Shown here piece by piece: positions 18,037 to 25,643 of a stretch of DNA of 64,000 bases. The stretch covers positions 2,805 to 66,804 of the forward strand of contig CAINFA010000153.1 of assembly GCA_903847955.1 (NCBI GenBank), in the 5' to 3' direction. This DNA is from an uncultured Actinomycetes bacterium (GTDB taxonomy: Bacteria > Actinomycetota > Acidimicrobiia > Acidimicrobiales > RAAP-2). A program made the position numbers and the translations under genes. Every line of letters begins with the position of its first letter. The first letter of the stretch is position 1. Below the pieces are notes generated by a model. The model was not told the origin of the DNA, ran no database searches, and saw nothing but the letters and a program-made list of their open reading frames with translations.

Positions 18037-18690
18037 GTGGTGCCTGTGAGCGACGACCACCGCGTGACCCCACGTCGCGCCCGAGCAGCGACCCGACGGC
18101 GAGACCAGGTCATCGTCGGCGGCTTCACCGCTGATGGGACGCTGGTCGATGCCCGCCGGACCGACCCGGACCCCAAGGTTCGGGTGGCCGCGCTCGGGGC
18201 GGCTGCACGGCTCGGCACCTTGACCACCGAGGTCTTGGTCTCGGCATTGGAGGATCCGGCCCCCGTCGTGCGCCGAAGAGCACTCGAACTCGCGGCGACC
18301 GCCCGGGGCAGGGGCACCCGCTCGACCTTGCTCACCGCGGTGCTCGCCCGACTCGGCGACGAGGACCCGTTGGTCGTCGATGCGGCGTGCTGGACCTTGG
18401 GTGAACGTCGAGCCCGGGACGCCGTGGGGCCGCTGTGCGCGCTCAGCGCCAACCACGACGACAGCCGCTGCCGCGAGGCAGCCGTCGCAGCACTCGGGGC
18501 CATCGGCGACCCCGCTGGCCTCGATGCCATCCTCGACCGGCTTGGCGACAAGCCCCAGGTACGACGTCGAGTGGTAGTGGCGCTGGCCGCCTTCGACGGC
18601 CCTGGGGTCGATGCCGCCTTGGAGCAGTGCCGGGCTGACCACGACTGGCAGGTGCGTCAGGCAGTGGAGCTCCTCGAGCGGAGCAGCTAG
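18037..18690 (+). CDS. HEAT-repeat (PBS-lyase HEAT-like) protein
   Basis: Repeated D-P-x-V-R helical-pair motifs: DPDPKVRVAALGAAARLG, DPAPVVRRRALELAA, DEDPLVVDAACWTLGE, SRCREAAVAALGAIGDPAGLDAILDRL, DHDWQVRQAV. The start is GTG 18037 or GTG 18046. Confidence 0.7.
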   Translation: MVPVSDDHRVTPRRARAATRRRDQVIVGGFTADGTLVDARRTDPDPKVRVAALGAAARLGTLTTEVLVSALEDPAPVVRRRALELAATARGRGTRSTLLTAVLARLGDEDPLVVDAACWTLGERRARDAVGPLCALSANHDDSRCREAAVAALGAIGDPAGLDAILDRLGDKPQVRRRVVVALAAFDGPGVDAALEQCRADHDWQVRQAVELLERSS

Positions 18691-19691
18691 CTCCCGGCGC
18701 GACTGAAGAGCTGGTCGTAGCGGTCCAAGGCACCCATGCAGCGACCGGTCCCCCCGATCACCACCTGAGCTGGATGCTCGTGGAGGTGCACCGGCACCTC
18801 CGTCGCCTCACGAAGCCGCTGGTCGAACCCCCGGAGCTGGGCGCCTCCGCCGTGGAGGTGGATGCCGTGGAAGATGATGTCCTGGCTGAGTTCGGGCGGT
18901 GACTCTGCCAGGCACTGCACGGTGACCGCCAAGATTTGGCTGACGACGTCTTCCACGGCTAGGCGGACTTCCTCGGGAGTGATGACCACCGCTCGAGGCT
19001 CACCGGTTGCCACCGCCCTGCCGTTGATCTCGAGGGCCCGCTCACCCGCGAACGGCGCGACCGACCCCACCGCCACCTTGACCGCAGCGGCGGTCTCGGA
19101 TGAGATCACCACGCCGTAGTGGTTTCGGATCGAACTGGCGATGGCATCGTCGAGGTCTCCGCCGCCAATCCGAAGCGAACGGAGAGCCACGATCCCACCC
19201 AAGGAGAGCACGGCGATCTCCGACTTGCCACCACCGAGGTCGCACACCATGGTCCCCACGGGATCACCGAAGGGCAGACCCAGTTCCATGGCGGCAGCCA
19301 TCGGGGCCTCGAGGAGGCGCACCGAGGATGCTCCTGCTTCACTCGCCGCCTTGAGCAGGGCTCGTCGCTCAATGGGGGTGGCCGAGGCGGGCACGCTCAG
19401 CACCACCTTGGGGCGCTGGAACCTCGAGCCCCCCACTCGGCGGATGAGGTAGCGCAGCATGCGAGAGGTGATCTCGAAGTCGGCCACCGCTCCTTGGAAG
19501 ATGGGGTGCACCGCCCGAATCGGCCGCGTCGTCCGGCCGATGAGCTCGGTTGCCTCACGGCCAATCGCGAGCACCGTCTGGGTGCGGCCGTCGAGCGCGA
19601 CCACCGACGGCTCGTCGAGGACCAGCCCTTGGCCGCGGACGTAGACCTGGGTAGAAGAGGTCCCGAGGTCAATGGCGAGTTCGCGAGCCAC
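18687..19691 (-). CDS. mreB: MreB-family actin-like protein
   Basis: LAIDLGTSSTQVYVRGQGLVLDEPSVVAL, VVLSVPASATPIERRAL, DLGGGKSEIAVLSLGGIV and IHLHGGGAQLRGFDQRL align to the MreB phosphate 1/2, connect and adenosine motifs. GTG start. Confidence 0.85.
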   Translation of the reverse strand: MARELAIDLGTSSTQVYVRGQGLVLDEPSVVALDGRTQTVLAIGREATELIGRTTRPIRAVHPIFQGAVADFEITSRMLRYLIRRVGGSRFQRPKVVLSVPASATPIERRALLKAASEAGASSVRLLEAPMAAAMELGLPFGDPVGTMVCDLGGGKSEIAVLSLGGIVALRSLRIGGGDLDDAIASSIRNHYGVVISSETAAAVKVAVGSVAPFAGERALEINGRAVATGEPRAVVITPEEVRLAVEDVVSQILAVTVQCLAESPPELSQDIIFHGIHLHGGGAQLRGFDQRLREATEVPVHLHEHPAQVVIGGTGRCMGALDRYDQLFSRAGS

Positions 19692-19697
19692 GGCGTC

Positions 19698-20348
19698 ATG
19701 CTAGGACCTCTGTGGCCGACCGCCGTTGGAGCAAGCCGCCACCTACCATGGGAGGCCTTGCCTGAGGACGCCGCGTTCGACGAAGACGACGAGCAGGAGC
19801 CTGACGCCTCGGATGCCCGAGGCGCAAGCAGCGACGACCCAACCTTCCCCTCCCCCGAACGTCGTAAGTGGATTCACCCCGCCGAGTTGGGTCGGGTCAT
19901 GCGCTCGCTCACCCCGGCAGGTAGGCCTCCCGTCACTCCCGCCGAAGCAGCTCGTCGGGGAGCCATCACGGCGGTGGCGATGCTGTTCGTCTGCATCGGC
20001 GTCCTCCTGCTCTTCGCCAACCCGCCCAAGGGCACTGCCCCCGAACCCCGCCGGATCGAGCACGAAGCGTGGCTCGGGGTGGTGTGCGAGGAGCGCACCG
20101 TTGCGGCCCCCGAGCACGGCCCCACGGTCAGGGAGGTCCTACCGGCATCTCCGGCGGCTCGCTCCTTTGAGGTTGGCGACGTGATCGACACCGTCGACGG
20201 CGTCGAGGTCGGCACCCCGGTGGGGCTGCGTCGAGCCATCGAGGCGCACCGGCCCGGCGCCATCGTGGTGGTCCGCTTCTGGCGCCACGGTGCCCTCGAG
20301 ACGGTGTCGGTTACCTTGTCGGTGACCACGGTCAACCCCGGACCCTAG
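19698..20348 (+). CDS. Membrane-anchored PDZ-domain protein
   Basis: An acidic N-terminus is followed by ERRKWIHPAELG, the TM helix ITAVAMLFVCIGVLLLFA, and a PDZ-like VREVLPASPAARSFEVGDVIDTVDGVEVGTPVGLRRAIEAHRPGAIVVVRFWRHG. No protease domain is visible. The track ORF from 19119 is over-extended, and I take ATG 19698. Confidence 0.6.
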   Translation: MLGPLWPTAVGASRHLPWEALPEDAAFDEDDEQEPDASDARGASSDDPTFPSPERRKWIHPAELGRVMRSLTPAGRPPVTPAEAARRGAITAVAMLFVCIGVLLLFANPPKGTAPEPRRIEHEAWLGVVCEERTVAAPEHGPTVREVLPASPAARSFEVGDVIDTVDGVEVGTPVGLRRAIEAHRPGAIVVVRFWRHGALETVSVTLSVTTVNPGP

Positions 20349-20357
20349 GCTGAAGCC

Positions 20358-21527
20358 ATGTCCATGGACTTCCCCCTCGGCGACGATGGTCAGATGCCCG
20401 GCCTGCTCGGTGACCTGCTGAAGGTGCTGGGTGGCAGTGGGGGTCCCCAGATGTGGCTCGAGTCGGCCAAGGCCCTCGCCCACGGCGTGGCCACCGAGAA
20501 CAACACCGACGACCACCCCGACCCCACTGAGCGCATCCGGCTCGAGGAGCTGCTCCCCGTCGCCAACCTCCACCTCGAGGCCTTGTCGGGGTCAGCCCAA
20601 GTCGCCCCTGGGGCCTCGGTCGAGGTGCTCGGGCGCGGCGCCTACGCGCTCAGGGTGCTCGAAGGTTGGGCACCGAGGCTGGAGCAGGTGGTGCGCCAAC
20701 CATCGCGACCGAGCACCGAAGGGATCGAGGGGCTCGACGCCACCATGGAGCAGTTCCTCACCCAGTTCGCCACCATGATGGGGCCGATCTTCGTGGGCCT
20801 GCAGTTCGGCTCTGCGGCGGGGCACCTCGCTCGCTCGGCCCTGTTCGCCTACGTGCTGCCCATTCCGCTCAGCCACGCAGGCACCTTGGTGTTCGTGCCG
20901 AAGAACTTCCACGCCTTCGCTGAAGACTGGTCCCTCGATGTAGATCAGGTCCGGATGCTGGCTGTGGTCCACGAGCTCGTGGCAGATCGCACCTACGGCC
21001 ATGAGGGCATCGCCACGAGGTTGCGGGCCTTGCTCGATGATGCTGCCAAAGAGGCGGCAGCGGCCCAAGACGGCATCTTGGAGCAACTCCTCCAAGGGGG
21101 CGACCCCGCCGCAATGCAGCAGCTGCTCACCAACCCCGAGGCACTGGCCGACCAACTCGGGCCGACTGGCCCGGGGGTCACCTCAGCCCAGCTCAGCGCA
21201 GCGGTGGCCGCCGTTGAGGGCTACATCGACCACCTCGCTGGCCAGGTGCTGGCTCGGGTCCTCGGCCCGAACTCAACCTTGGCCGAGGCCTGGTACCGGG
21301 CGAGGACGACCGAATCCAGAGGCGAGCAGGCCGCCGCTGCGCTGTTCGGCATCGATCGCTCCAAAGCGCAGATCGACCGAGGAGCACGGTTCATCGCCGG
21401 AGTGGTCGAGCGAGCTGGCGACGAAGGGTTGGCACAACTGGTCGCAGACGGGGCGAACCTCCCCACGCCTTCTGAGCTCGACGCACCCGGGCTCTGGCTC
21501 GAGCGCCTCGCGATTGACGGGGCCTAA
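20358..21527 (+). CDS. DUF2342-like (zinc-metalloprotease-like) protein, HExxH not intact
   Basis: The size, helical composition and position next to PDZ/UPF0182/whiB genes resemble the actinobacterial DUF2342 family. Where HExxH is expected I read VVHELVADRTYGH. Confidence 0.5.
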   Translation: MSMDFPLGDDGQMPGLLGDLLKVLGGSGGPQMWLESAKALAHGVATENNTDDHPDPTERIRLEELLPVANLHLEALSGSAQVAPGASVEVLGRGAYALRVLEGWAPRLEQVVRQPSRPSTEGIEGLDATMEQFLTQFATMMGPIFVGLQFGSAAGHLARSALFAYVLPIPLSHAGTLVFVPKNFHAFAEDWSLDVDQVRMLAVVHELVADRTYGHEGIATRLRALLDDAAKEAAAAQDGILEQLLQGGDPAAMQQLLTNPEALADQLGPTGPGVTSAQLSAAVAAVEGYIDHLAGQVLARVLGPNSTLAEAWYRARTTESRGEQAAAALFGIDRSKAQIDRGARFIAGVVERAGDEGLAQLVADGANLPTPSELDAPGLWLERLAIDGA

Positions 21528-21853
21528 GCCTCCTGGGGAACGGCGGGAGCCTCGGGCTCCTCGAAGCCGAGGTCCCATTCCAAGGTGAGGTTCTCGCGCT
21601 CGGCGTCTCGCACCACGCGCTCGCGGTTGCGACGGAACTGCGGATCGTGCGGCGGCAGCAGCACGAGGCGAGCATTGACGCGGTCTCGGAATGCGTCGAT
21701 CAACGCCGGGTCGCCGAAGTCGGACTGGATGTCCCAGTGCGGAGCGACCGGGCCGAGGTAGACGACACGGACGTGGCCCACCGGCTCGATGACCTCTTCT
21801 GCTGGAACTGTCGCGTCGATCGGTGCATCCACCACGTTGGCCTCCTGGTCCAC
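21524..21853 (-). CDS. Hypothetical protein (109 aa)
   Basis: Strong third-position G/C bias through the whole frame. GTG start. Its end overlaps the end of 20358..21527 convergently by 4 nt. I recognise no motif. Confidence 0.5.
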   Translation of the reverse strand: MDQEANVVDAPIDATVPAEEVIEPVGHVRVVYLGPVAPHWDIQSDFGDPALIDAFRDRVNARLVLLPPHDPQFRRNRERVVRDAERENLTLEWDLGFEEPEAPAVPQEA

Positions 21854-22026
21854 TGCCGGAGGTCCATGGTACCGGCTCGGTCACCGGGCTCGGAGAGTCG
21901 CTCCTATTCCACACTTGAGATGCACCAATTCCCGATCCCCCTCAGGTGGGCCACAGACTCTCAAGGTTCTCTACTGGTCTCGTTTTTGGCCGCTGGCACA
22001 CTGACATCAACGAAAGGGGGTCCACG

Positions 22027-22275
22027 GTGGACACGGAATGGATGGGCAAGGGAAAGTGCCGAGAGGTCGACCCGGAGACGTTCTTCCCGAGCGACGGCGT
22101 GGGCGTGCTGCGAGCACGGAAGATCTGCGCAGGATGCCCGGTGGCGAGTCAGTGCTTGGAGTACGCGCTGACCAACCAGATCGAGCACGGCGTGTGGGGG
22201 GGCTGCTCGGAGCGTGAGCGGCGCCGGCTGCTCAGGGCTCGTCGGGGGGCGAGCTTGGCCGTCACCACCAGGTGA
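22027..22275 (+). CDS. WhiB-family [4Fe-4S] transcription factor
   Basis: KCREVDPETFFP...ARKICAGCPVASQCLEYAL...HGVWGGCSERERRRL carries the four Cys and the GVWGG turn. GTG 22027 has AAAGGGGG 7 nt upstream. The track ORF from 21946 is over-extended. Confidence 0.85.
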   Translation: MDTEWMGKGKCREVDPETFFPSDGVGVLRARKICAGCPVASQCLEYALTNQIEHGVWGGCSERERRRLLRARRGASLAVTTR

Positions 22276-22311
22276 CCGCTGGGGCGCCTCATGGCGCACG
22301 GCGGGGGAGCA

Positions 22312-22360
22312 CCACGAGCGCAGGAGCCCTTGGCGAAGGCCAGGCGCCCTGCGCTCGTGG
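22312..22360 (+). terminator. Long stem-loop downstream of whiB (13-bp stem), candidate U-tract-less terminator/attenuator
   Basis: CCACGAGCGCAGG (22312-22324) pairs perfectly with CCTGCGCTCGTGG (22348-22360). The loop contains an inner CCTT-GGCG-AAGG stem. There is no clear U tract. Confidence 0.35.
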
Positions 22361-22383
22361 CGCGTCTGGGCTAGAACACGTCC

Positions 22384-23238
22384 ATGCTCGAATGCGTCAT
22401 CAACGTGAGCGAAGGACGCGACGCTGAACTCCTCAGTCAGCTGGCGAGGTCGTGCGGAGCACCGCTGCTCGATGTGCACACTGATCCTGACCACCACCGG
22501 AGCGTCTTCACCCTCGGTGGCGAGAACGAGGCGGTGCTCGACGCCAGCTTCGCCTTGGCCGCGCACGCGATGGAGGTCCTCGACCTCAGCCAGCATGAGG
22601 GGGTTCACCCTCGGGTTGGGGTCGTCGACGTCGTCCCGTTCGTGCCACTGCACCTCGGTCGCACCAACGAGCACGCCGTCGAACTCGACGAAGCCATCGC
22701 GGCACGAGGAGCCTTCGTCGCCTGGGCCACCGAGCACGGCTTGCACTGCGCGCTCTACGGCGACGACCTGCTGAGCCTCCCCGAGCTTCGGCGTCGGCTC
22801 TCGGGTGGTCAGCGACCTGACGCATTGGCGCGTGCACCACGAGAGCGAGCAGGCATCGCCTGCGTGGGAGCCCGAGACGTCCTCGTGGCGTGGAACATCT
22901 GGGTCGAGGGGACCACCCGGTTCGAGCTGCTCAGCACCGCCGCGTCGATGCGACGTCCCGGGCTGCGAACGCTCGCCCTCGAGCTCGGGCGCAGCGGGCA
23001 CTCACGACCCGCACCGCTGCAGCTCAGCTGCAACGTGACCTCACCGTTTGAACTTCGGCTCGACCACCTCTACGACGAGGCTCAAGCAGCACTCCCGCAG
23101 GGTGCGAGGGCAGTAGGCGCCGAGTTGGTGGGACTGCTCCCCCATGGGGTCTTGTCGCAGGTCCCCTCGCAGCGATGGGCCGAACTCGGTCTCAGTGAGT
23201 CAGCGACGATCGAAGCCAGGCTGGCGCTGGCGAGCTAG
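22384..23238 (+). CDS. Glutamate formimidoyltransferase (FTCD N-terminal type, no cyclodeaminase domain)
   Basis: MLECVINVSEGRD...DPDHHRSVFTL...HPRVGVVDVVPFVPL matches the formiminotransferase N-subdomain signature (ECVPNFSEGR-type). Confidence 0.75.
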   Translation: MLECVINVSEGRDAELLSQLARSCGAPLLDVHTDPDHHRSVFTLGGENEAVLDASFALAAHAMEVLDLSQHEGVHPRVGVVDVVPFVPLHLGRTNEHAVELDEAIAARGAFVAWATEHGLHCALYGDDLLSLPELRRRLSGGQRPDALARAPRERAGIACVGARDVLVAWNIWVEGTTRFELLSTAASMRRPGLRTLALELGRSGHSRPAPLQLSCNVTSPFELRLDHLYDEAQAALPQGARAVGAELVGLLPHGVLSQVPSQRWAELGLSESATIEARLALAS

Positions 23239-23519
23239 GAAGCTGCCGCAGCGATCGCCCGACGCTCGAGCGCCCGGGCACGGCGGAGCCGGCGACGCTC
23301 ACGCTCGCTCATGCCACCCCAGATCCCGAACTTCTCGCCATTGTCGAGGGCGTACTCGAGGCAGTCGGCCTGCACCACGCAACCGCGGCAGACCTCCTTG
23401 GCCTCTCGAGTCGACGCCCCGCGTTCGGGGAAGAACAGGTCCGGGTCGACGCCCATGCAGTTCGCCTGGCTCTGCCAGCCCTGCTCCTGCTTGCCACTCA
23501 ACATTCCTTGCACGTCCAT
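23235..23519 (-). CDS. whiB2: WhiB2/WhmD-type WhiB-family transcription factor
   Basis: CMGVDPDLFFPERGASTREAKEVCRGCVVQADCLEYALDNGEKFGIWGGMSERERRRLRR closely follows the WhiB2/WhmD/WhiB(Streptomyces) pattern FFPE+GGSTREAK..C..C.V...CLEYAL...E+FGIWGG.SERERRRLK. Confidence 0.9.
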   Translation of the reverse strand: MDVQGMLSGKQEQGWQSQANCMGVDPDLFFPERGASTREAKEVCRGCVVQADCLEYALDNGEKFGIWGGMSERERRRLRRARALERRAIAAAAS

Positions 23520-23636
23520 TTGGGCTCTCCCCTCCCACTACCGATGTGCCACCGGTGTAACTACACGGGTGTCATCTTCGCTGAGAATGGAGAGAAAGGC
23601 AAGTGGAATCTAGGGAAACGACCGTTCTGCACCCGT

Positions 23637-25643
23637 TCAGCCGGCAGGCCGCATCACCCGACGTTGCTTCAAGAAGTCCACCAAGACGTAGCCGCCGATG
23701 GCATCCTTGGTGGTGTAGAAGGTCCGGCCGCCGTTGACTCGGGCAATCTGCTCGACGAAGGGGTACTGGGTGCGTTCGAGGTCGAGGGCGAAGGTGTTGA
23801 TGGTGATCTTGGCCCTCGTGCAGCGCACCACTTCAGCCATGGTCAGCTGCAGCGTCTCAGGCACGGGCGGGTAGTTGAACTCGGGGTACCCAGATCGTGG
23901 GTTGATGTGCGCGGTGGGCTCACCGTCCGTCACCACGATGATCTGCTTGGTGCCGTGCTCCCCTGCCAGCATCTTGCGCGCCAACATCAGCGCGTGCTGG
24001 AGGTTGGTCCCGTAGACGTAGTCCCACATCGCCGTGGGCACCTGCTCTGGCTTGATCTCATGGGCGACTTCGCTGAAGCCCACGATGCCGAGGTAGTCCC
24101 GAGGGAACTTCATGGCGATGAGGGTCTGCAGGGCCATGACCAGCTTCTTGGCCGGAACGAAGTTGTCTCGCATTGGCATCGACATCGAGAGGTCGACGCA
24201 CAGCACCGTGGCAGAGCGAGCCAAGGCCTCGGTCTCGATGACGGCGAAGTCCTCGGGCAGCAGCCGCACCGGCACACCATCTCCGCCACGCCGCACCGCG
24301 TTGTGCACGGTCTCCGACAGGTGCAGGTTGAGCGGGTCTCCGAACTCGTAGGCCTTGGTGGTCTCCTCGCGGTCGTGACCTGATCCCGACCACGAGGTGG
24401 CGTGGCCACCGAGGTCCTTCGTGCGCATCTGAGAGAAGAGGTCAGAGAGCGCTTGGCGACCCATCTTGCGCACGCCTTGCGCGGTGAGCTCGGTGCGACC
24501 GCCGTGGTTGGCGATGAGCCCTGCGTCCTCGAGCTGCTTGGTCAAGTTGGTGAGCTTCTCGAGGTGGGCGGCAGCATCGGGTCCGAGGTTCCGACGAACT
24601 TGGTCGAGGTCGATCTCTCGCAAGGCCCCCGGGTTCGACGCACCACGCAGGAGGTCCTCGAGCCGCTCGAGTTGGGACAACTGCGAGGCCACGTCGGTGG
24701 CTTCGTTCATCGACAGTCCACCACCACCCATCTGGAAGCGGTTTCCCCAGCCCTTGTCGGGGAACGCTTGCTGGAGGTTGCGGTTGAGGCGATCCATCTG
24801 CCAGGCCAGGTCCATGTCCTCAAGGACGGACTGCATCAGCGACTGCAGGTGGGCGCGCTGCTCAGGGGACATCGAGTTCCACATGGCCTGGGCGGCGGCC
24901 ATCCGTTCCGCCAGCTGCTCAAGCAAGTCGTCGAGGTTCTCCGCCCCTGGGAACAGGTCGCCGAACTGCTCCATGAACTGCTCGAAGCTTGGGTCGATCT
25001 CCTCGTTGTTGGCGCGCTGCTCGAGCATCTGGTTGAGGGCCGCCATCGCATCTCGTAGGTGCGCCATGGCCTCGGCATCCATGGAACCCAGTGCTTCCGA
25101 GACGCCTTGGAAGTAGGTGTCGGTCACTTCCTTGCGCAGGTCGTTGACCAATGCCTCGAAGGCTTCACGCGCCTCGGTCGAGACGAAGTCGTAGTTCGTC
25201 ATCGACCGGATGCGGCTCGGGGTGTCCTCGGGCATGAGGTCCATCGCCATCTGGCGCTCTGCAGCAACTTCTCGGGTGACCTCTGAGCGCCGATCATCCC
25301 CCGATGCATCCGCTTCGGCTTGGAGCTCGTCGAGGGCTGCTCGCTCGAGGGCCTCGACGTCACGAAGGCGGTCGGTGTACTCGGCGAACTGGTCATCAGG
25401 GTCCCCCAGCGACTCGAGGTCTGCTCGCCGGTCCCGCAGCTGCTCGAGGAGGTCTCTGATGCCCTCGACCCTGTCGCCGTTCTCGAGCTCGAAGCCATTG
25501 CGCAGCAGCCGCTCGATCGCATCATCGAGGTTGCCGTCGGCCAAGAGGTCGTCGGTGAGCAGCTTGAGCAGTTCATCGGGGTCGAGGTCCGCGAACTCCT
25601 GGCTCCCGTCCCAACTCCGGTAGTCGTAGTTCGCGCCCACCAC
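23637..25643 (-). CDS. Large acidic helical protein with C-terminal von Willebrand factor A (VWA) domain
   Basis: 668 aa. The N-terminal ~430 aa are acidic and helical. The C-terminal VWA has an intact MIDAS motif, VLCVDLSMSMPMRD (DxSxS) ... IIVVTDGEPTA. The start abuts the stop of the upstream ATPase gene (25643/25644). Confidence 0.8.
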   Translation of the reverse strand: MVGANYDYRSWDGSQEFADLDPDELLKLLTDDLLADGNLDDAIERLLRNGFELENGDRVEGIRDLLEQLRDRRADLESLGDPDDQFAEYTDRLRDVEALERAALDELQAEADASGDDRRSEVTREVAAERQMAMDLMPEDTPSRIRSMTNYDFVSTEAREAFEALVNDLRKEVTDTYFQGVSEALGSMDAEAMAHLRDAMAALNQMLEQRANNEEIDPSFEQFMEQFGDLFPGAENLDDLLEQLAERMAAAQAMWNSMSPEQRAHLQSLMQSVLEDMDLAWQMDRLNRNLQQAFPDKGWGNRFQMGGGGLSMNEATDVASQLSQLERLEDLLRGASNPGALREIDLDQVRRNLGPDAAAHLEKLTNLTKQLEDAGLIANHGGRTELTAQGVRKMGRQALSDLFSQMRTKDLGGHATSWSGSGHDREETTKAYEFGDPLNLHLSETVHNAVRRGGDGVPVRLLPEDFAVIETEALARSATVLCVDLSMSMPMRDNFVPAKKLVMALQTLIAMKFPRDYLGIVGFSEVAHEIKPEQVPTAMWDYVYGTNLQHALMLARKMLAGEHGTKQIIVVTDGEPTAHINPRSGYPEFNYPPVPETLQLTMAEVVRCTRAKITINTFALDLERTQYPFVEQIARVNGGRTFYTTKDAIGGYVLVDFLKQRRVMRPAG

